NCBI GenBank assembly: GCA_039028615.1
Contig: JBCCHT010000051.1
Location: 28,959-92,958, forward strand
Length of the DNA: 64,000 nt
From: Myxococcota bacterium
GTDB taxonomy: Bacteria > Myxococcota_A > Polyangia > Nannocystales > Nannocystaceae
Reading direction: 5' to 3'
The notes under the pieces were generated by a model. The model was not told the DNA's origin, made no database searches, and was given only the letters and a program-made list of their open reading frames with translations. This document shows, in pieces, positions 1 to 8,315 of the stretch. The stretch's first letter is position 1. Each line of letters opens with the position of its first letter. The position numbers and the translations under genes are program-made.

Positions 1-754
1 GCTTGCGCTCGCCGATGTGCTCGTACGCCTGCCCCAGATGGAACAGGTACACGACGAGCGCCGGGTTGAACTCGAGCGCCTGAAGGCCTGCTGCCAAGAG
101 GTCGGCGCCTTCTCGCGCATGACCCATGCGAACGAGGCACAGACCCTCCACCGAGCTCCACGCCAGCTCGACATCTCGCCGAAACACGCTCGGGACGTGC
201 TCGAGACATCGGTCGCGATCGGCACGAATCTGCTCGAGCCGCTCCTGGGTGGGCGTCTCGGTGAGCACGGCCAGCTCGTGGTGGCCAAACGACGCCAACG
301 CCTGCAGATGAGGCGCGAGCTTGGCCTCGTCCTCGGTGGTGCCGTACACGACCCGCGCCTCGTCGAGCCGCCACTCGGCCACCAGCAGCCCGCCCAGCTG
401 GGCCCGAGCCAGCCACTCGCGCTCGTGGCTGACCGCCTCGCCCGACTCGGCCAGCAGAAGCTCGCGCCGCAGCCGCTCTTCGAGCCCGCGGTGCTCTCCC
501 GCCGCGATCGCCAGCCGCAGGGTGTTGGCGTCGGCGAGCGCGCGGCGCTGACGGCCCCACCCGATCGCCCATGCGCCCAGCGTCATCCCGAACGCCAGCG
601 CCGCGAACACGGTGAGCTCAGCCGCGCAGCCCGACAGACAGCACAGCGCGACCACGCCCACCGCACGCCCGAAGATCCCGGAGGGGATCGTGGGGGCCGT
701 CGGGGCCGGAGTCGGCTGGAGTGCAGCGGGGTGCAGCATCGCGCGGCAGAGCAT
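1..754 (-). CDS. TPR-containing lipoprotein (3' end runs off the left edge)
   Basis: Manual minus-strand translation: MLCRAMLHPAALQ...VVALCCLSGC (lipobox) and, in the same frame at the edge, LQALEFNPALVVYLFHLGQAYEHIGERK (TPR-like). Absent from the ORF track because its stop lies outside the window. Start is 754 or 739. Confidence 0.7.
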   Translation of the reverse strand, partial: MLCRAMLHPAALQPTPAPTAPTIPSGIFGRAVGVVALCCLSGCAAELTVFAALAFGMTLGAWAIGWGRQRRALADANTLRLAIAAGEHRGLEERLRRELLLAESGEAVSHEREWLARAQLGGLLVAEWRLDEARVVYGTTEDEAKLAPHLQALASFGHHELAVLTETPTQERLEQIRADRDRCLEHVPSVFRRDVELAWSSVEGLCLVRMGHAREGADLLAAGLQALEFNPALVVYLFHLGQAYEHIGERK

Positions 755-863
755 AGCGCGCCCTCGTCCCTTCGCCGACGGAAGCCGTCCCCACCTCCGC
801 GTGGCCCGCAAACCCGGCCTCCGTGTGCGTCAGCGCGCTGACCTGGGCTGCTACAACATCGAG

Positions 864-1889
864 GTGCCGCGACCGGTGGCCAATCCGCCCAACCCCTGGA
901 GCTCGACCCACGTCGAGTACCTGGGGCCACCCCCGCCTGCGACCCTCGACGTCTTCGAGGAGCAGTCGCGCTCGATCATCGCGACCAACGACAGCCCCGA
1001 CATCCCCTTCCGCCACGGCATCAACCCCTACCGCGGCTGCTTTCACGGGTGCGCCTACTGCTACGCCCGGCCCACCCACCAGTACTTGGGCTTTGGCGCC
1101 GGCACCGACTTCGAGCGCAAGATCGTCGTCAAGACCAACGCGGTACAGCTCTTGCGCGACACCTTCATGAAGCCGAGCTGGCAGGGCGACGCCATCGCGT
1201 TTTCCGGCGTCACCGATTGCTACCAGCCGCTCGAAGCCAACTACCAGCTCACCCGCGGCCTGCTCGAGGTCTGCCTCGAGTTCCGCAACCCCGTCGGCAT
1301 CATCACCAAGGGCGCCTTGATCGAGCGAGACCTCGACCTGCTCGTCGAGCTGTCGCGGGTCACCACCGTGCGCGTCTACCTGAGCATCCCCTTCGCCGAC
1401 GACACCATGGGGCGGGCCATCGAGCCCTACGCCGCGTCCATCTCGCGGCGCTTCACCGCCTTGCGAGCGCTCTCCGACGCGGGCATCCAGACCGGCATAT
1501 CCCTCTCCCCCGTCATCCCCGGGCTCTCCGACGACCAGATCCCCGAGATCCTCGAGCGCGGGTTCGAGGCCGGGGCTCGCCGCGCGTTCATGATCTTGCT
1601 GCGCCTACCCGCCCAGGTGCAGCCCGTGTTCGTCGAGCGCCTGCGCCAGGCCGCGCCCCTGCGCGCCGACAAGGTCCTGTCCGCCCTCGAGCAGAGCCGC
1701 GACGGTGCCCTCTACGACCCCCGCTTCGGCCATCGCATGCAGGGCAAAGGCCCGCGCTGGGCGGCCATCGAGGCGCTGTTCACCGCCCACCGCCGCCGCC
1801 TCGGCTTCGAGCTGCACGACGACGAAGATCTCCGCGACTGCGCCAAGACCTTCCGCCGCCCCAAGATCCAGCAAGAGCTCTTCGAATGA
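864..1889 (+). CDS. PA0069/Rv2578c-family radical SAM protein (SplB-like)
   Basis: INPYRGCFHGCAYCYARPTH (CxxxCxxC), SGVTDCYQPLE, IITKG. Start moved to GTG 864 because the ORF's 612 start overlaps the divergent gene. Confidence 0.9.
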   Translation: MPRPVANPPNPWSSTHVEYLGPPPPATLDVFEEQSRSIIATNDSPDIPFRHGINPYRGCFHGCAYCYARPTHQYLGFGAGTDFERKIVVKTNAVQLLRDTFMKPSWQGDAIAFSGVTDCYQPLEANYQLTRGLLEVCLEFRNPVGIITKGALIERDLDLLVELSRVTTVRVYLSIPFADDTMGRAIEPYAASISRRFTALRALSDAGIQTGISLSPVIPGLSDDQIPEILERGFEAGARRAFMILLRLPAQVQPVFVERLRQAAPLRADKVLSALEQSRDGALYDPRFGHRMQGKGPRWAAIEALFTAHRRRLGFELHDDEDLRDCAKTFRRPKIQQELFE

Positions 1890-1903
1890 GGTAAGCCTCG
1901 CGC

Positions 1904-3046
1904 ATGTCCAAGCGCGACCTGAGCCCGGCGACCCTCGCTGCCCAAGCCCTGGCCCAGCACGAGCCTCACCACCGCGGCCTGGTCCCTGCGCTATACCCCT
2001 CCGCCTCGTACATGCGGGCGCCCGACGGCAGCTACCCCGGCGGACACAGCTACTCGCGCGACCAAAACCCCACCATCGACGCCCCCGAGGCCCTGCTCGC
2101 CCGGCTCGAAGGCGGCAAGGAGGCTCTGCTCTTCGCCTCGGGCATGGCCGCCGCCACCACCATCTTCGAGACCCTGCCGCCCGGCGCCCACGTGCTCGCG
2201 CCCCGGCACATGTACTGGACCATTCGCGGGTGGATGGCCGCGCTGCACGAGCGCAAGGGCATCGAGCTCGAGTTCTACGACAACGACGATCTCGAGGCTT
2301 TCGGCGCGCGGCTGCGGCCGCTACAGACCGCCCTCGTCTGGGTCGAGAGCCCGAGCAATCCGCTCGGCGTGGTCACGGACATCGCGGCGGTGGCCGAGCG
2401 GGCGCATGCCGTGGGCGCGGTGGTCGTGGCGGACGGGACCTCGGCCACGCCCGTGCTGTGTCGGCCGCTCGATCTCGGGGTGGACATCGTGATGCACTCG
2501 GCGACCAAGCAGCTCAACGGGCATGCGGATGTCTTGGCCGGCGTGCTAGTGGCGGCCGATCCAACAACGCCCATGTGGCAGGCGGTGCGGCACGAACGAG
2601 GGTACCGGGGCGCCGTGCTCGGGGCGTTCGATGCCTGGTTGCTGCTGCGAGGGCTGCGGACGATCTTCTTGCGGGTGCCGGCGGCGTGTCGGGGGGCGCA
2701 GCGGGTAGCGGAGTTCTTGGCTGGGCATCCTCGAGTGGAAGAGGTGTTCTATCCGGGGCTGCCGGATCACCCGGGGCATGCGGTGGCCGTGAAGCAAATG
2801 CGCGGCGGGTTTGGCTCGATGGTCTCGTTTCGGCCGAAGGGGGGCGAGGAGCGGGCGCGGGCGGTCATGAATGCGCTCGAGGTGTTTTGTGATGCGACTT
2901 CGCTTGGGGGGCTGGAGAGTCTGGTCGAGCATCGGGCGCGGATCGAGGGGGACAAGAGTCCGTTGCCGGCGGACTTGTTGCGGTTGAGCATGGGGATCGA
3001 GGAGCCTGAGGATCTGGTGGAGGATCTGCGGCGGGCGCTTGGGTGA
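1904..3046 (+). CDS. PLP-dependent trans-sulfuration enzyme (cystathionine gamma-synthase/lyase family)
   Basis: YSRDQNPT, FASGMAA, WVESPSNP, HSATKQLNGH (PLP lysine), TSLGGLESLVEH, LLRLSMGIE. Confidence 0.92.
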   Translation: MSKRDLSPATLAAQALAQHEPHHRGLVPALYPSASYMRAPDGSYPGGHSYSRDQNPTIDAPEALLARLEGGKEALLFASGMAAATTIFETLPPGAHVLAPRHMYWTIRGWMAALHERKGIELEFYDNDDLEAFGARLRPLQTALVWVESPSNPLGVVTDIAAVAERAHAVGAVVVADGTSATPVLCRPLDLGVDIVMHSATKQLNGHADVLAGVLVAADPTTPMWQAVRHERGYRGAVLGAFDAWLLLRGLRTIFLRVPAACRGAQRVAEFLAGHPRVEEVFYPGLPDHPGHAVAVKQMRGGFGSMVSFRPKGGEERARAVMNALEVFCDATSLGGLESLVEHRARIEGDKSPLPADLLRLSMGIEEPEDLVEDLRRALG

Positions 3047-3105
3047 AGGGAGTGGGGCTTTGGTTGTTCGGGGGGTGGGTTTGCTTGGAGTTCCGTTGGC
3101 GAATT

Positions 3106-3281
3106 GTTCGAGCGTGGGGCTTGCCTGTTTAACGGCTGGAACCCTCCCCGGACGTGCTCGGCGGCCGTATTGGCCGAGTGGTTCGCGACGGGTGTCGGCG
3201 GCCGCCTCCGCGCGACCGGGCCCCCTCCATCCTACGCGGCTTCGCTTCAGCCCTCCCCGCGACTCGGTCTCCCGTTCGAAC
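3106..3281 (+). repeat. ~175-bp dispersed repeat element, copy 1
   Basis: gttcgagcgtggggcttgcctgtttaacggctggaaccctccccggacgtgctcggcggccgt...cctccatcctacgcggcttcgcttcagccctccccgcgactcggtctcccgttcgaac; recurs at least 7 more times in the window. Confidence 0.92.
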
Positions 3282-3340
3282 GGTTGTGTGGGTTCTGCTT
3301 TGTTGGAGGCAGGTCTTGCTTGGAGTTGCGTTGGCGAATT

Positions 3341-3516
3341 GTTCGAGCGTGGGGCTTGCCTGTTTAACGGCTGGAACCCTCCCCGGACGTGCTCGGCGGC
3401 CGTATTAGCCGAATGTTTCTCGACGGGTGTTGGCGGCCGCCTCCGCGCGACCGGGCCCCCTCCATCCTACGCGGCTTCGCTTCAGCCCTCCCCGCAACTC
3501 GGTCTCCCGGTCGAAA
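3341..3516 (+). repeat. ~175-bp dispersed repeat element, copy 2 (235-bp period from copy 1)
   Basis: Near-identical to 3106-3281, including the upstream lead-in tgcttggagtt-cgttggcgaatt. Confidence 0.92.
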
Positions 3517-3615
3517 GCCGGTGTGGGTTCTGCCCAATCCCTGAATGATCTCATTTCGCGGTAGTGGGGCAGAGTTTTGGCGAAGGGAGGAGTGCTCTGC
3601 GAGGGAGCCGAGAAT

Positions 3616-3777
3616 GTTCGACCGGAGGGCTCGCCTGTTTACCCGGACGTGCTCGGCGGCCGTATTAGCCGAGTGTTTCTCGACGGGTGTTGGCGACCGC
3701 CTCCGCGCGACCGGGGCCCCTCCATCCTACGCGGCTTCGCTTCAATACTCCCCCGCGACTCGGTCTCCCGTTCGGAA
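3616..3777 (+). repeat. Dispersed repeat element, copy 3 (short internal deletion)
   Basis: gttcgaccggagggctcgcctgtttacccggacgtgctcggcggccgt...ctccatcctacgcggcttcgcttc...cggtctcccgttcgg. Confidence 0.88.
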
Positions 3778-4034
3778 GCCGGCGTGGGTCCTGCTCGAGT
3801 GCCTCGGTGTCTTGCTTGCAGCTTCGGTGAGGCTCGCATGTTGCTCGAGGTGCGTAGGAATTGGCTGGGAACGTGCGAACAAGACCGACGAGTGAGAGCA
3901 CCTCATGGCAAGAGGCTGCCCAATGGGTGCGGTCGCGAAAAGGAGCCTGTTTCTCGACGAACAACCTGGGACTCCACCGCAGCGAATCTCTCCCGCGCCA
4001 AGCCCCTCGACAGAGCAGGGACTACGCTTCAGTA

Positions 4035-4330
4035 GCTCGGGAGGCTGAGTGAGGGCGAACGCGAAAAAGAAGCCGGTTGGGATAGACAACACCGGTCGCG
4101 TGGAGACGGCCGCCGACGGACGTGACGAAACATTCGGGTGACACGGCCGCGAGCACGTCAGAGGAAGGTCAAGAGTTCACTGTGGAACAGCGACCCCGGA
4201 TCGGCCGCTCGCTCAGCAACGATTCGACAGGAGATTGGGATCGCCCGAACTCGCCTGGGATTGAGCAAACAGGCGACTCCGACACTCGAGCAACTTGCCA
4301 ATGTAGCTTCAAGCAAACCCACCCCCCCGA
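4035..4330 (-). repeat. Degenerate inverted copy of the repeat element
   Basis: accggtcgcgtggagacggccgccgacggacgtgacgaaacattcgggtgacacggccgcgagcacgtc (4091-4159) aligns with the inverted copy at 4414-4482. The lead-in remnant aaacaggcga...ctcgagcaacttgccaatgtagcttcaagcaaaccc lies at about 4267-4320. Confidence 0.6.
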
Positions 4331-4351
4331 CAAAGCAGAGCCCACACCGAC

Positions 4352-4527
4352 GTTCGAACGGGAGACCGAGTCGCGGGGAGGGCTGAAGCGAAGCCGCGTA
4401 GGATGGAGGGGGCCCGGTCGCGCGGAGGCGGCCGCCGACACCCGTCGCGAACCACTCGGCTAACACGGCCGCTGAGCACGTCCGGGGAGGGTTCCAGCCG
4501 TTAAACAGGCAAGCCCCACGCTCGAAC
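4352..4527 (-). repeat. ~175-bp dispersed repeat element, inverted copy
   Basis: Reverse complement of 3106-3281 (gttcgaacgggagaccgagtcgcggggagggctgaagcgaagccgcgtaggatggaggg...aaacaggcaagccccacgctcgaac). Confidence 0.92.
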
Positions 4528-4686
4528 AATTCGCCAACCCAACTCCAAGCAAACCCACCCCCCGAACAACCAGAACCCACTCCTCCCTCTCATCGAACAC
4601 ACAACCTCCGACCACCAAGACGCCCCCCGAACCCCCGCCCGGAAAGATCGAACGCCGACCTCCAGGGAACATTTGCTCGCAGTGGG

Positions 4687-5418
4687 GTGTCCGATCTCCC
4701 CGTGGATGCCCGCGCAAGCACCGAGTCACGCCCAAAGCCGCAGGGCGGCGTGCAGCGGTGGGTGGTTTGTCTCTGCGTCGGCATCGTCATCCTGAGCCTG
4801 ATCGGCATCGTCGGCGGTGGCTTCCTGTGGGCCGATGCCCGGCTGCAGCAGTGGGCCGAGACCACCGCCGAGCGCCGTATCCAACGGCGCCTCCCGCAGG
4901 CCGACCGCGTCGACGTGAGCCTCGGCTCCGACTCGGTTCTGTTGGGCCTACTGCTGGATCACGAGGTCCCCGGCGTGCACGTGCACATCGATCGCGTCCA
5001 CCACTTCGGGTGGGAGCTGAGCGACCTGCGCTTGGATGCCGAGGGCATCGCCTTCGATCGAGATGCGTTGCTCGACGAGTATCGGCTGGTGATTACGGGC
5101 ATCGACTCGGCCTCCATGGCGTACTCCATTCCCGTCGATGAGCTCGCCGAGGTCGTGGGGCGGCCGATCACGGTCGCCGATGACCGACTGTGGACGACCG
5201 AGGGAGCCACGCGGCTGACACTGCGGCCGGTCATCAAGGCGGGGTGGCTCGTGCTCGAGCGCTCTGGCAAGGAAGACGGGCCGCACCTGTACTACCCGTT
5301 GCCGATGGAGGGTTCGATGCCCTGCGCTCCGCGGATCGACCTCGAGGCCGACCGGCTGACGGTGTCGTGCGGGCTCGACTCCCCGCATCTGGACTTGCCC
5401 GAGCTCGCGCTGGGCTAA
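4687..5418 (+). CDS. Membrane-anchored protein, DUF2993/LmeA-like
   Basis: N-terminal TM helix (WVVCLCVGIVILSLIGIVGGGFLW), then AETTAERRI...VDVSLGSDSVLLGLLLDHEVPGVHVHI, a DUF2993-like pattern. Confidence 0.6.
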   Translation: MSDLPVDARASTESRPKPQGGVQRWVVCLCVGIVILSLIGIVGGGFLWADARLQQWAETTAERRIQRRLPQADRVDVSLGSDSVLLGLLLDHEVPGVHVHIDRVHHFGWELSDLRLDAEGIAFDRDALLDEYRLVITGIDSASMAYSIPVDELAEVVGRPITVADDRLWTTEGATRLTLRPVIKAGWLVLERSGKEDGPHLYYPLPMEGSMPCAPRIDLEADRLTVSCGLDSPHLDLPELALG

Positions 5419-5516
5419 AGAGCCGGCCGAGCATCGGGCGCTAAACGACGTACTTCGTCGAGCGTGATCCAGACGGTCCGCCGCGGGAACCTGCCCTGCG
5501 AACGGAAGTCGCCACC

Positions 5517-6875
5517 ATGCCTTGGTCCTCACGCTCGCGCCCATCCCGTCGCCCCCACCCGCCTCGTTTTCCCTCCCGGCCATGGCTCGGCTTACCCACG
5601 TGGGTGGCCGTCGCGGTGGCCCCGGCGTGCGGCGATGATTCCGGGCCGCCCATCGACACCGGGTCGGGGCTGACCTTCGCCACCGGACAGGGCAACGGCG
5701 ACACCCAGGACGGCGCCGAGTCGGACCCGCCGGGGCCATCTTCGGGGGCGAGCGATCCGACCGGCGGTGAGTCGGTCGACTCGAGCGGCACGGAGGGCAG
5801 CGGTGAAGCGTGCCCGGAAAACCCCTGCGAAAACGAAGGGACGTGCACGCTGGTGAACGAGCAGCCGGAGTGCACGTGTACTCGCGAATACTGGGGCCAG
5901 ACCTGCGAGCACCCGCGCTTCGTGGGGACGATCTTTCAGGGCAACGATCAGGCGCTGGCCATCGACGAGACGGGCACGGCGTGGACGTGGGAGATCGACG
6001 ACATGCCCTCGATGCTGGAGCCGGTCGCGGGCCTGGTGGAGGTGGTGTCCAACCCGGAGCACGTCACGGCCAATCGCACGCGCATGGGCCTCGACAATCA
6101 GGGGGAGGTGTGGACCTGGAGCGGGTTGGAGATCACGCCCGCGCAGCAGGACCAGCTGCCGCCCATCGCGGCGATGAGTACATCGGAGTACTACGCCCTG
6201 TTCGCGGCCCAAGACGGCGGATTGTGGCAGACGCACTATCACGACGGGGTGCAGTCGATGGACGAGCCCGCAGACGTGCGGCGGGTGTTCATCGGCACGA
6301 CCGATCTCGCCCTCACGGCCGATGGCACGGTCTGGCGGCGGCCGAACGCGAGCCTCACCATGGCGATGCCGCCCTGGGAGCAGCTCGACTTCGTGCCGCC
6401 CGACATCATCGAGGTCTCGACCACGATGATCGACGGCCCCAGCCACTTCCTGGCCCTGGACGCGTCGGGCACGGTCTGGGCGTGGGGAGCGAACGAATTC
6501 GGTCAGCTCGGCAGCGGTTCGCCGAGCCTCGACCCGGTGGAGGACCCGGTGATGGTGGAAGGCCTGTCGAACGTGGTGGACGTGGGGGCGGGCGATGGCT
6601 TCAGCATGGCGCTGGTCGACGACGGCACGGTCTGGGCCTGGGGCTACGGGGCGGACGGGCAGCTGGGTGACGGCATCGCGGAGGACGACCACAGCCGCTG
6701 GCTGCCGCACCAGGTCCTCAACATCACCGACGCGGTGGCCATCTCGACGGGGGACGATCGCGGGCTGGCGCTGCTGGGCAACGGGTCGGTGGTGCAGTGG
6801 GGCCACGGACAGTTCTCGGCGGACTTCCCCACGCCGTCGCTGGTGCCCCTGCCTCCGGTGGCGGCCGTGCCCTAG
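5517..6875 (+). CDS. Lipoprotein with EGF-like domain and RCC1 repeats
   Basis: VAPAC lipobox; CPENPCENEGTC...ECTCTREYWGQTC (EGF); GTVWAWGANEFGQLG and GTVWAWGYGADGQLG (RCC1). Confidence 0.85.
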   Translation: MPWSSRSRPSRRPHPPRFPSRPWLGLPTWVAVAVAPACGDDSGPPIDTGSGLTFATGQGNGDTQDGAESDPPGPSSGASDPTGGESVDSSGTEGSGEACPENPCENEGTCTLVNEQPECTCTREYWGQTCEHPRFVGTIFQGNDQALAIDETGTAWTWEIDDMPSMLEPVAGLVEVVSNPEHVTANRTRMGLDNQGEVWTWSGLEITPAQQDQLPPIAAMSTSEYYALFAAQDGGLWQTHYHDGVQSMDEPADVRRVFIGTTDLALTADGTVWRRPNASLTMAMPPWEQLDFVPPDIIEVSTTMIDGPSHFLALDASGTVWAWGANEFGQLGSGSPSLDPVEDPVMVEGLSNVVDVGAGDGFSMALVDDGTVWAWGYGADGQLGDGIAEDDHSRWLPHQVLNITDAVAISTGDDRGLALLGNGSVVQWGHGQFSADFPTPSLVPLPPVAAVP

Positions 6876-8068
6876 CCGCTGCGCGTAAGTCCCAGCACGG
6901 CGAGGCCTTCGTCGAGCACCTTGCCGCGATCGCTGGTGGATACGGCAACATCGGGCTTCAGCCCGACGCCGTCGATCACTTCGTCTTTGGGCGAAAAGTA
7001 GCGAGCGATGGTCAGCTTGAGGACGGAGCCGTCCGGCAGCCCGAGCACTTCCTGCACGGTGCCCTTGCCGTAGCTGCGCTCGCCGACGCTCTTGGCCCGA
7101 CCGTTGCCCCGCAGCGCGGCGGTGAGCAGCTCGGCCGCCGACGCGGTGTAGCGGTCTTGCAAGACCACGATGGGCGTGTCGCGATCGGTGCCCGCTTCGT
7201 GGGCTCGCTCTTCCCGGAGGATCACGCCGCCTCGCCCTCGGGTGCGGGTGAGGATGCCGTCGGCCACGAACAGGTCGGCCACCACCAGCGCTTCGTCGAC
7301 CGCCCCGCCGGGGTTGGCCCGTAGATCGAGCACGATGCCGGCCACGCCATCGCGGCCGGCCACGCGTCGCAGCCGAGCGAGCTTGTTCTTCACCGCCTCG
7401 CCGACGCCGGCCCGAAACGCACGCAGGTGCACGAGCGCGACCTTGTGCTCGCGACCGTCGGGGCTGGTGACGGCGAGCAGGCGACCGGTGACCAGCTCTT
7501 TGGGCGGCGCCTCGAGCTCGAGCTCGAGCTTGCGCGGCGCCGGATCGCGAGCCCGCTGCACCCGCATGGCGATGAGCTCACCGACGGACCCGGCCAGGCA
7601 CGCCTCGGCCTCGAACTGATTGGACAGGCTGGTGGCCTGGTGTCCGTTGACGGACAGGATGCGATCGCCCGGCTCGAGGCCGGCCGCGTCGGCGCTCGAG
7701 CCCGGCATCACGCCGACGATCTCGAGCCCTCGCTCGGCCCCGGGCCCCGCGGATCGCAAGTGCACGGATAACCCCACCGAGCCGCCCTTGGCCCGGTCGC
7801 GCATGGCCTTGCGTTGCTTGGCGGTGAGAAAGTGGCTGTGCTCGTCGAGGCCACCGACGATGTGCTCGAGCGCGGCAGCGAGCAGGGCGGAACCATCGAC
7901 GGGCTCGATGTAGCGATCGAGCACGGCGTCGAGACCTTGATGGAAGGCCTTGCGATCGAAGCGATCGCCAGTCGCGGCCGCTTGTGGGCCGTCGGAACCC
8001 AACCCCACTGCCAAAGCGGCAAAGACTGCCCCGCACGCAAAACCGCTCCACCAGGCGCGCTTCCTCAC
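6872..8068 (-). CDS. S41 C-terminal processing protease (CtpA/Prc-like, PDZ)
   Basis: PDZ (SSADAAGLEPGDRILSVNG), DLRANPGG, TASAAELLTAAL, SYGKGTVQ (Ser/Lys dyad). Probable start GTG 8068. Confidence 0.9.
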   Translation of the reverse strand: MRKRAWWSGFACGAVFAALAVGLGSDGPQAAATGDRFDRKAFHQGLDAVLDRYIEPVDGSALLAAALEHIVGGLDEHSHFLTAKQRKAMRDRAKGGSVGLSVHLRSAGPGAERGLEIVGVMPGSSADAAGLEPGDRILSVNGHQATSLSNQFEAEACLAGSVGELIAMRVQRARDPAPRKLELELEAPPKELVTGRLLAVTSPDGREHKVALVHLRAFRAGVGEAVKNKLARLRRVAGRDGVAGIVLDLRANPGGAVDEALVVADLFVADGILTRTRGRGGVILREERAHEAGTDRDTPIVVLQDRYTASAAELLTAALRGNGRAKSVGERSYGKGTVQEVLGLPDGSVLKLTIARYFSPKDEVIDGVGLKPDVAVSTSDRGKVLDEGLAVLGLTRSG

Positions 8069-8315
8069 AGTTCGCCATCGTGACTGACGAAGCGGGCCAG
8101 GTAAAGCGAAGCGCGGGCGAAACGACGGTCGGGAGCCGTGCTCGTCGGGGAAACCGGCGGAAACAAAGCGCCACGAACCGAGGTTGCCCCGCCCGCGCCG
8201 CATTCGCGTACGCCCGAACGGGAACGTTCCCACCAATCATCGCGTGCAACCGTGGTGGCCGTGGTCCGTCCCGGGAGGGCACAGTTGTCGCCCCACCCCC
8301 AGGAGACCCCCCGGC

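Noticed and set aside
17..841. 274-aa plus-strand ORF
   Set aside because: The minus-strand frame gives a lipobox and a TPR motif, so this ORF is its antisense shadow.
3076..3777. CRISPR array
   Set aside because: Units are ~175 bp with irregular linkers and inverted copies elsewhere. There is no 25-45 bp repeat/spacer pattern and no cas gene.
3039..4735. Several short ORFs with repeated PPPSYAASLQPSP peptides
   Set aside because: They are translations of the non-coding repeat. Frames differ between copies and no consistent start is kept.
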